From: Eledone cirrhosa
Lineage: Eukaryota
Direction: 5' to 3'
Assembly: GCA_964016885.1 (NCBI GenBank)
Contig: OZ024748.1
Location: 17,422,001 to 17,486,000, forward strand
Length of the DNA stretch: 64,000 nucleotides
This document shows, piece by piece, positions 53,708 through 64,000 of this stretch. The notes under the pieces are model-generated. The model was not told where the DNA came from. It worked only from the letters and a program-made list of their open reading frames with translations, and did no database searches. The position numbers were made by a program, and so were the translations under genes. Position 1 is the first letter of the stretch. Each line of letters begins with the position of its first letter.

Positions 53708-54363
53708 ATAGTGAAGGCAAGTGGTTTAGTGGTTAGAGTGTTGAATTCGCAATCCTGAGGTGGCAATTTCAATTCTCGAACCAGGTGATATCTTGTGTCC
53801 TTCTGCAAGGATGTTGTTCTTACTGCCAGGAGTTGTAGCAATGGAGAGACCAATAGAAACATCTATGGAAGAAATATTCCTGAAATTATTCAGAGTTTAG
53901 TATATTTACCATGGTCATTTCTAAAAGGATCTAAAATCTTGTAAATATAAGACTCTAAATAGTGAGAGTATTGGTTTGGAAAATTATTATTTTATTTACG
54001 ATCTTATCTCACACTCACACATATCATCATCGTCATCATCATCGTTTAACATCTATCTTCCATGCTAGCATGGGTTAGTCAGGATTTGTCCCACGACCAT
54101 GTCTCACTCGTATAGGACTGTAATATATACATATATATATATATATATTTCGTTTCTGAATTTGTTTAGCAAGATTCTTTATCTGAAATCGTGTGTTGAA
54201 ACCGATATTGTTATACTTTGGGAGGGTCATGTTGCCAATAAGAAACACACGCACCAGTTGCTTTCACTTCAATTTAATTTATTAAATATTTATAAATTTA
54301 CAAATTTATAAATTTCTGGTTGGTTGGTTGGTTCCACAACCAGATAGTTGTTTATATATATAT

Positions 54364-54408
54364 AGTCATAGTTCTTTCGTCACACACTCTGTGACCTCTT
54401 CAGTGACT
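54364..54408 (-). ncRNA. Minimal hammerhead motif family E, inverted copy
   Basis: Reverse complement of 54525-54569, in the other palindrome arm. Confidence 0.7.
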
Positions 54409-54524
54409 GGGGATTTCGTTCTTCGTTTCTGTGTCTTTCCTTTCTTCTATCCTACGCCATTTTGAAAATGGCGTAGGATAGAAGAAAGGAAAGGCACAGA
54501 AACGAAGAGAAGAAAGGAATCCCC

Positions 54525-54569
54525 AGTCACTGAAGAGGTCACAGAGTGTGTGACGAAAGAACTATGACT
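54525..54569 (+). ncRNA. Minimal hammerhead motif family E
   Basis: Helix I agtca/tgact; core CTGAAGA; extra G; helix II gtcaca-gagtg-tgtgac; GAA; AGAACT; CUA site after 54564. Confidence 0.7.
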
Positions 54570-54941
54570 ATATATATATAAACAACTATCTGGTTGTGGA
54601 ACCAACCAACCAACCAGAAATTTATAAATTTGTAAATTTATAAATATTTAATAAATTAAATTGAAGTGAAAGCAACTGGTGCGTGTGTTTCTTATTGGCA
54701 ACATGACCCTCCCAAAGTATAACAATATATATATAGGAACAAGTAGGACCCCGACGGCTGAGCTCGACGTTTTGACGGCTAATTCTGGACTCAAACAGCT
54801 TGAGCTCAGCCGTCGGGGTCCTACTTATTCCTATTACCCACTCTACTACCCTAAGTATTGAGTACTTTGGTGCATTATGGTCCATGTGGTTCCTTACCAC
54901 ATTTCCTTCATTATATATATATATATTTATATATATATATA

Positions 54942-55042
54942 CAGGGTGTCCCCAAAAAATGTATACACTCTTCAACAACATTCTAATAAATATTGCCTGT
55001 ACAGGTAATCAAAGTTTTTATACATTTTTGGGGGACACTCTA
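54942..55042. mobile_element. Tc1/mariner MITE, second copy
   Basis: Same TIRs and internal sequence as 47772-47869. Confidence 0.8.
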
Positions 55043-56096
55043 TATATACCTATATATATATATATATATATATATAAACGGCTGGAGCTCAGCCGTCTAG
55101 GTCCTGGCCCTTTTCCTATTTTACACTCTGCTACCCTAAGTATCGAGTACTCTGGTGCATTATGGTCCACCTGGTCTCTTACACTTTCTCACACTTTCTT
55201 TGTTATATCATCATCATCATTGTTTAACATCTATCTTCCATGCTAGCATGGGTTTAGACGGGAATTGTCCCACTTGAGGCAAGATTGGTCGTCTCGCTCA
55301 TATGGGCCTGTCTTGCAGGTTTTCTATGGCTGGATGCCCTTCCTAACACTATATATATATATATATATAATTGTTCGTACTATATATATGATGCTGATGA
55401 TGATATATAGACATTTTAGACCTACTTTGAAATGGAAGTGATTCACCTGTGTATATATTTAAGAATATAACAGCTGATGATAATCAAAGGTAAGAATTGA
55501 TTGAATCCTCGTACAAATATAAAATATTAACGAGACACTCTTAAAGATTAGATTAATTGCTCCTGAAAATTATTATCTTATTAATAAAAACTCATCAGAA
55601 ACATCTTCAAATTTTAATAAATATCTTTTCTTTGATAACTATAAAATATTGAAATATAAAAATATTGAAATATTGAAATATTCACTAGCTTGTGTTCTAT
55701 GAGAAGATACAAAAGTTATATATATGTATGTATGTTTATATATACATATATATATGTGTGTGTATGTATGTATGTATATATATGTATATATGTATATATA
55801 TATATGTATATATGTATATATATATATATATATAAACATATATATATATAGATATATATATAAACATGTTTTAATGGTTTATACTTCTTGTATGCATTTC
55901 TTTTATATAGATATATATATATACACACATATACACACTGTAAATGTGGTTGGTGTTAGGAAGGGCATCCAACTGTAGAAAACCTGCCAGACAGTCCTAT
56001 GCGAGCAAGACAATCACTCTTGCCTCAAGTGGGAAAACCCCGTCCAAACCCATGCAAGCGTGGAACACGGACGTTAAACGTTGATGATGATGATGA

Positions 56097-56131
<35 letters not shown>

Positions 56132-56175
56132 AATATATATATATATATATGTACATGTGTGTATATATATTTATA

Positions 56176-56219
<44 letters not shown>

Positions 56220-56227
56220 TATGTATA

Positions 56228-56278
<51 letters not shown>

Positions 56279-56311
56279 ATATGTATATGTATGTATATAT
56301 ATACATATATA

Positions 56312-56342
<31 letters not shown>

Positions 56343-56371
56343 GTGTGTGTATATGTATATATGTATATATG

Positions 56372-56822
56372 TCAAAGGGCAAAGGAGCTCTTAAGAGTCA
56401 ATGGCCATCCAAATTCACCGGGAGAGATGACCCCTTAGCCTTTGTCAAGGCAGAATTCTAGGAGAAGGAAAACTCTGATATAACACCTGCAACCCTGATG
56501 GTATCCAATGATGTTGACTTGTTCTTCTTTTTGGTAAACATCATCTTGCTTAAGAGAGTGGGACTGGCTTTGTGCAGTGCCTTTGCTCACTATAAAAGCT
56601 TCACGGCACAGGCATTGCTTTGTATCTGGAGATCTCTCTGCACTTGTCATCACATCGTTCCATGGGCCCATCATTATGTGTCAATAATTGTCACAAGTGT
56701 AGTGTTTGTACCAGGGTTTTCAAGTCGCTGGCTGCCTAAAAAGTCACGTTCAGCGCATCGGTAGGGGTTCTCCTACATGGATATAATGTAGTGGCCGTAC
56801 TCGAAAACGAGTTGGCAGCCAC
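56372..56822 (+). mobile_element. Possible RTE-type LINE 5' region fragment
   Basis: GC-richer island in (TA)n containing ctaggagaaggaaaactctga, which I recall from RTE 5' regions. No protein evidence. Confidence 0.3.
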
Positions 56823-56893
56823 CATATATATATATATACATATATATGTATATGTGTGTATATATATATATATGTGTGTGTATATGTATATAT

Positions 56894-56943
<50 letters not shown>

Positions 56944-56990
56944 TATGTAGAAGTTGTATCTAATTTGTTGGAATTCTGGCAAATATATAT

Positions 56991-57035
<45 letters not shown>

Positions 57036-59699
57036 TTTTATTAAGGATAAATATATACCCATCTTTAATGGCGCGTGGCCGAGTGGTTAGAGAATTGGAT
57101 TCGCAATCGTGATGTTGTGAGTTTGATTCCTGGACTGGGCGATGTGTTATGTCCTTGAGCAAGACACTTTATTTCACATTGTTCCTTCTACCTGGAGTTG
57201 CGACCAATAGATACCATTAGCAAACTACTTTTGGCACAAGGCCAGCAATTATCAACAAAATAATTCAAGCATTTATAGGTTTGCTCGATCTTTTAGATAT
57301 AACAGCTGATTATACCTCAGATCTCATGTTGGCAGTATCGGTAGAGGGTTGGACGCCATGCTTTCCATCATAGTTATGTCCCTTTATGGTCTGAGTTCAA
57401 ATCCCGCTGAGGTTAACTTTACCTTTCCACTTTACAGGGTCAATAAAATAAAGTAATATACCTGGGTAATTGCTGGCCTTGTGCCAAAAGTAGAAACAAT
57501 TATTTTATTAAAAGGAAAAGAAAAGCCTCCTTTATTTACAAGTGTTTGTGGGTTATGTATCCATGACTACCTAACCAAGGTGTGTTGTGGAAGACCAGCA
57601 GTCACCCATGCATGCAAATCTTTCCTCTCCAAAACAGCAATGTTGTCCAAGGGAAAGACGAAAGCTGGCACAGCTTGACTCCTGTGTCATCTCAACTCAT
57701 TTTTTCTCAATGCAGATTAAAGTATCTTGCTCAAGGGTTCCTGAAGCAAAGCCTCTAAACTCTAAGCCATATGCTCCCACACTGGTATCTGTAGTGATTG
57801 CTAATTCAACAAATAACTATTTTCTTCCTTTATACCAATTTCTTCCACTGCGTTTGCAATAATTTGGCTTAAAACATTTCGTGCAGGAGTGTCATTATGA
57901 ATGTCGACCAAATGCAGTCTCCTGCTATTGCTTCCACCTCAAGTATTCCATGCAAGAATGCGATCATTAGCATGCAACAATTCCTTACAAAAAGGATACT
58001 GGTTTCTTTTTCATTTCCATAATAATTTTCCTTCCTCCGCTGTCTCCATTTTTTTTCTCATTGGCGCCTTTGTCTGTCTCTTCTCTGCTGTGTATTTATA
58101 GTCAATGGTTCTTATTTCTCCACAATCTATCTATAGAAAAACAAAAGATGTCTGGATTTTGCACAATAATTAAAGCATTTAACCACTATTGGCAAAAAGA
58201 GATCTGCCTAAGCTATTTATTGAAATACGGATCATACTGTAATTGCACCTTTTTTTTTCTTGACAGATTGAAAAGAGACTGTTTGTAAGAAATGTGCAGA
58301 AAGTATGAATGTTTTTCAAGATAATAGGAAATAACCTATATATGCTTGATATAAAAACACCCAGTACTCATTGTAAATGCAGTTGGCCTTAGGAAGGCAT
58401 CCAGCTGTAGATACCAAGCCCCAAATCAGAATTAGTCCTGTATGAGCAAGATATGGTCACCTGACCTAGCATTGCTCATAACAGGACAACCTGTCTAACC
58501 CATGCTAGCATAGAAAATAGACATAAAATGGAGGTGATGATGATATATGTATATATACACACAAATATATATATATACCATTATCATGATATATATATAT
58601 ATGTGTGTGTGTGTAATCTTGGCACCACAAAGCATCCAGCCCACACTGTAAAGTAGTCATGTTGATATCAGGACAAAAAGCACCCAGTCCACACAGTAAA
58701 TGGTTGTGTAAAAGACACGGCAAAAAGCATCCAGCATACACTGTAAATGTGGTTGGGGCTAGGAAGGGCACTCAGCTGTAGAAAACCACCGCAGAAACAG
58801 CCTTATATGAGCGAGACACGATCACTCGACCCGACTTGCTTCTAGATGGGACAAACCCGTCTAACCCATTCTAGCATGGAAGATAGACATTAAACGATGA
58901 TGATGATATTACTGTACTCTTCGCTGGACTTGGCAGTCTTCTGTCCTTTTGTTTCTCATCTTATAACATGGTATATATTTTGCTATTGTTTTATTGTGTC
59001 AATATTCGAAGTTGACTTTGCCTTTCATCCTTACGGGGTCGATAAAATAAAGTACCAGTAATGAACTGGGTAATTGCTGGCCTTGTGCCTAAAGTAGAAA
59101 CAAATATTCAAAGTAAATCATAACACGATATTCAAAGTAAATCATAACAACTAAAGTAAAGTATTCTATATTTTATGCATTTTTAACTCTTTTAATGCCA
59201 AACAACCAGGAACTCCACTTGGTTCCATGATACCAAAACCTTCTGTCATAATTTTATGTAAGAACCTTTGTTATGTTCCAAACATAAGCTTTATAACAAA
59301 AAATTTAGTTATATTACTAAATTCCTCCAAATTCTTGACTATCTATATATATATATATAATCATCATCATCATACTTTAATGTCCATTTTCCATGCTAGC
59401 ATAGGTTATATATATATAGGTTATAAAATACAAGGACCTCTTTTAACCATCTTTTGATCTTATATTATATATATAAATATATATAATATTAAGGATACTA
59501 TTTATGGTTATGTATATACTAAAACTTTTTATAGTTATATATATTTTCAACCCTAAACAGTGAAGGTCAGTAATTAATTACTACCTTATTACCAGTAAGA
59601 TAAATAGCTCAATGTAATAACATCAGTTGTTCTACAGAACAGTTATATGGAATTCCATATAAATATATAAATATATATATATATATATATACTATATAT

Positions 59700-60148
59700 A
59701 TACTAAATGAAGAGAATGCATGGGAAGAAGAGACCCTACCCCAAGTAGACCCTATAGAGGGGCGGGCAGCAGCGTAGTAAGTAAGACAATCTAAGGTATG
59801 AAGACGGGGAAGGCAACCGGTCCATCCAGTATAGTAGCTGATATGCTGAAGGCATCTGGGTCGGTAGGTCACACTATAACTACACGTATTGTTAACCAGA
59901 TAATACTAGAAGGTATCATACCAAAGGATTGGTGCAGTAGCATCATTGTCAACTGTTACAAAGGTTAAGGTGATGCACTAGATAGAGGAAACTATAGAGG
60001 TATAAAGCTGATGGACCAGGTAATGAAAGTAACAGAAAGACTTATAGCACAGTTGATTAGGGACCAGGTGAAACTAGATGAGATGCAATTTGGGTTTGTA
60101 CCAGGAAGAGGCACCACTGATGCTCTCTTCCTTGTGAGGCAGTTACAT
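59700..60148 (+). mobile_element. RTE-clade LINE internal fragment (RT N-terminal part, with stops)
   Basis: MKTGKATGPSSIVADMLKASG...IPKDWCSSIIVNCYKG*GDALDRGNYRGIKLMDQVMKV...EMQFGFVPGRGTTDALFLVRQL. Confidence 0.92.
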
Positions 60149-60269
60149 GGAACTCTTTTAACCATCTTTTGATCTTATATTATTTATACTCCAGTCCTAT
60201 AAACTGTTGAGTGCTACTTATCCGATATTTGCATTGCTTTATTGTGCTACAATAAAACTGACCTCCTAC

Positions 60270-60331
<62 letters not shown>

Positions 60332-60645
60332 GTATATATATATTATATATATATTATATAATATATATATATTATATATATATATATATATTATTAAAAT
60401 AACAGATTAAAGTTTAAGCAAAGAATCGCTGCTAAGTCAGTCACCTAGGTAGCAGAAGCTATATTATATATATATATATTATATATATTATATATATTAT
60501 ATATATATATATATTATATACATATATTATATATTATATATATATATGTTATATATATATTATATATAATATATATACATATATAATATAATATATATAC
60601 ATATATAATATAATATATATATAATATAATATATATACATATATA

Positions 60646-60682
<37 letters not shown>

Positions 60683-61006
60683 ATAGCGGCAATGAATTAG
60701 TTTTGCGAGGTTTTTTTATATGAAATCGTGTGTTGAAACAAATATTGTTATACTTGGGGAGGGTCATATTTGTGTAATATTGCCAGAATTAATAACAGAA
60801 CACACTACACAAATATGACCCTCTCCAAGTATAACAATATAATATAATATATATATATATATATATAATATAATATATATATATATATATAGAGAGGCTT
60901 AGCTCTGTTTCTCGACCGTTATATCGCGTGACTATCTCCCCCTCCGCCTTTTGGGATTCTTTCTCACGTCGTGTAGACGCGTTCTTGAGACTAGTAAAAT
61001 GAGGTA

Positions 61007-61096
61007 TCCTCTTGATAAGTCGGCAGACCTCGCAAGGACTCTATATCTTTATGATGTATTGTTTTTGTTTATGCCACGAAACTACGTAGTCGAGGA
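61007..61096 (+). ncRNA. Hammerhead motif family B, with U3-A8 core variant
   Basis: Helix I tcctc/gagga; core TTGATAA; helix II gt-c-ggca...tgcc-ac; GAA; palindromic helix III ACTACGTAGT; GUC site, cleavage after C61091. A 5'-truncated copy lies at 3218-3301. Confidence 0.7.
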
Positions 61097-61418
61097 ATCT
61101 AGGAGCAGTTTAGGTATGATACATTTTATTACTAATTATATCTAAATGTTTCTTCTCTCTTCATAATGTATTTTTAACTCTGATACTGGTTCAGTCTAGT
61201 TCAACCGGATTGGTCTGTCCCAGTTATTCATTGAGCAACATCGGTGAAGTTGGCACCCTTAACTCACAGTTGGGTGCGGATGCATTCATGTATATATGTG
61301 TGTCCGCATGTATCTGTGTGTTTCTAATTATATTGTTAATATAATATATATATATATTATATAATGAGTAAAGTGGACTTTGAATGACAACTATGATGAT
61401 ACACACACATATACATAG

Positions 61419-61457
<39 letters not shown>

Positions 61458-61689
61458 TAAAAAAATAATGAATAAAACAATGAAACAGTTCCTTATATTA
61501 AACAAATCTTCTTCTCTAACTGTCTTTAGCGCTATACACTTTCTTTCTTCTTCTCTTCTTTTTTTCTTCTTTTCTCTTCGTCCTTCTTTTTTAACTGTCC
61601 TCAACATTTCACTACCAAATCAACTTTTTAAATGGAAGTTGCACTGTTCTAGGTATGTCAAATTTATTTATAAAACGGTTTATATATTG

Positions 61690-61755
61690 TATTTTGTCTG
61701 AGGAAGGCATACCATATTTTTAATATGGTATCCCTGAAATATATATAATGAAATA
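61690..61755 (+). ncRNA. Hammerhead motif family A
   Basis: Same sequence as 1128-1193, within the duplicated block. Confidence 0.7.
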
Positions 61756-61924
61756 AATATGGTTTTATAAATATAGTTTCCATTTGTTTAATATCGTATA
61801 TATATATATATATATATATGGAATACTGTCGGCCCTTCGCTACTATGTTTTCTATACCTTTCATATATATATATATATATTCATTGAATTATTCAACAGA
61901 ACATGGAAGTTCATCTTTTGCATG

Positions 61925-61963
<39 letters not shown>

Positions 61964-61972
<9 letters not shown>

Positions 61973-62391
61973 TAAAAAAATAATGAATAAAACAATGAAA
62001 CAGTTCCTTATATTAAACAAAAAAAGTTCATTATTTAACGATCGTTTCTAGGATATATATGTGTTAGAATTGGCATGCATATTCAACAGATCTATGTACA
62101 AAATTATACAAAATTATACAAACTATCAAAATTAAATATACATACCCAACACATATATATGCCGTCTTCAGAAATAATTATTTCTGAAGACGGCATATAT
62201 ATGTGTTTGGTATGTATATTTAATTTTGATAGTTTGTATAATTTTGTATAATTTTGTACATAGATCTGTTGAATATGCATGCCAATTCTAACACATATAT
62301 ATCCTAGAAACGATCGTTAAATAATGAACTTTTTTTGTTTAATATAAGGAACTGTTTCATTGTTTTATTCATTATTTTTTTAATATTTTAT
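61964..62391. repeat. Palindrome with ~214-bp arms and no loop (centre 62177/62178)
   Basis: ...gccgtcttcagaaataa|ttatttctgaagacggc... One mismatch seen between the arms. Confidence 0.95.
62177..62325 (+). ncRNA. Hammerhead motif family C, with long rod-like helix II (mirror copy on the minus strand at 62030-62178)
   Basis: Helix I attattt/aaataat; core CTGAAGA; helix II atatatatgtgtt/aacacatatatat extended by tggtatgtatatt/aatatgcatgcca (G-U pairs), with an imperfect base; GAA; palindromic helix III ACGATCGT; GUU site after 62318. Confidence 0.55.
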
Positions 62392-62510
62392 CTTGACTCT
62401 GTATTCCGTTTATCTTTCACCGAAAGTGATCTCTTCTTTCTATGATATCCGGATTACATTGAGTTCTTCATACGGATTGGACACTACCGTAAACTCTTGG
62501 TAGATTTATC

Positions 62511-62548
<38 letters not shown>

Positions 62549-62604
62549 TTGTAGGTGTATGTTAAAAGTTGATTGTAATAGATGGAGGTAAAGAATATAC
62601 ATAC

Positions 62605-62637
<33 letters not shown>

Positions 62638-62640
62638 TAT

Positions 62641-62696
<56 letters not shown>

Positions 62697-62820
62697 GTAT
62701 AGTGGTAGCTATGGTGCCTCCGTAGGCGTATGCCAAAATTAGCACTCGATATTTCATCAGAGTAGAGTGTAGATATTATCAAGAAAACGAAAAATGCATC
62801 TCCGATTTTTCGTTTTCTTG

Positions 62821-62883
<63 letters not shown>

Positions 62884-62888
<5 letters not shown>

Positions 62889-63011
62889 AGTAAGTAAGAC
62901 CCCGACGGCTGAGCTCAAGCCGTTTCGACGGCTAATTCTGTACTCAATTGAGTACAGAATTAGCCGTCGAAACGGCTTGAGCTCAGCCGTCGGGGTCTTA
63001 CTTACTCCTAT
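62884..63011. repeat. 128-bp perfect palindrome (centre caa|ttg)
   Basis: ataggagtaagtaagacc...ggtcttacttactcctat. Confidence 0.95.
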
Positions 63012-63087
63012 TACCCACTCTACTACCCTAAGTATTGAGTACTTTGGTGCGTTATGGTCCACCTGGTTCCTTACCACTTTTCCCTCG

Positions 63088-63127
<40 letters not shown>

Positions 63128-63174
63128 TTCTTTGCTTTTTCCTCATATTAGATTAGTACCGTCTCTTTTGCACA

Positions 63175-63480
63175 CTCTCACTCTCTCACCCCCTTCTCAC
63201 TCTCTCACCCCCTTCTCACTCTCTCACTCCCTTCTCACTCTCTCACTCCCTCTCACTCTCTCTCACTTTCTCTGTCTTTCTCCCTCTCTGCCGCACACCC
63301 CTTCTCCCTCCTCACTCTCTCTCACCCCTTCTCACTCTCTCTCCCTTTTCTCACTCTCTCTCAGCCCGTCTCTCTTTCTCTCACCCCTCCTCCCTCTTAG
63401 TCCCTCCTCTCTCTCTTCCTCCTGCCTCTCCCACTCATCACATCACCCTCCTCCTCCTCCTGTCACTCTCTCTTTCTCAC
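63175..63480. repeat. (CT)-rich low-complexity tract; a similar tract lies at 36690-36960
   Basis: Read directly. Confidence 0.9.
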
Positions 63481-63846
63481 CATTACACTACTTACACTTT
63501 ATCAAATATTTTAATTTCAGTAAAAATGTTTGAAACCATTATTATCATCATCATCATCATCATTATTATTATCAATATTATCAATATTGACATTACATTG
63601 GTGAGACACTCTGCCAGTGAAGAATATGAAGAAAGTAATGAACAACAACAACCACAACAATCTACACAAATCTTTCACTAAACTAACTGACAGTATTATA
63701 GAATTCATTTACCAAAGGTCACTCAATGCCAGGAGGATTCTTGCAAATTAAGTAATAAAGTGCAAGCAGTATATTCCAAAAATTTATCTTTAATTGAATA
63801 AAATTTCATTACCTGTGTTTAATTTCTATGAATGTTTTAGAAAATG

Positions 63847-63881
<35 letters not shown>

Positions 63882-64000
63882 TTGAAAAATTAATATATTT
63901 AAAACATATTTAAAATATCAATAACGCAAAATGAAAAAAATGTCTAATGTAACAGCTCCACAATGAAGAGTATGTATATGAAAGGTGACTTTTATATATA

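Larger units (their letters stand above)
54205..54728. repeat. Palindrome with ~260-bp arms, centre G54464
   Basis: ...cctacgccatttt-g-aaaatggcgtagg... Each arm has a family E hammerhead. Confidence 0.95.
61507..62520 (+). repeat. ~1-kb direct duplicate of 958-1940 (composite of family A and C elements)
   Basis: Collinear, high-identity match that includes the microsatellite spacers and the palindrome. Confidence 0.9.

Overview
This is AT-rich, repeat-dense animal DNA with no recognisable intact host gene. Its SINEs, RTE LINE relics and (TA)n density suggest a cephalopod such as Octopus (inference). The largest feature is a ~21-kb array of 436 in-phase 48-bp units (8451-29388). Its 6997-aa ORF follows from the unit length, and the unit appears to derive from an internal module of the SINE-like repeat in which the array sits. 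The rest is a mosaic of tRNA-derived SINEs, RTE fragments, MITEs (hAT, Tc1/mariner, piggyBac-like), a probable Helitron, and mini- and microsatellites. The most interesting signal is a set of short non-coding elements inserted in (TA)n tracts. Read by eye, at least 7-8 sequence-unrelated families carry type I (mostly minimal, Penelope-type) hammerhead ribozyme motifs. Several are arranged as long fold-back palindromes with a ribozyme on each strand. Five families share a second downstream hairpin, ACTC-stem-TT-GAGY, which I do not recognise. All structures were folded manually, and repeat boundaries are approximate.
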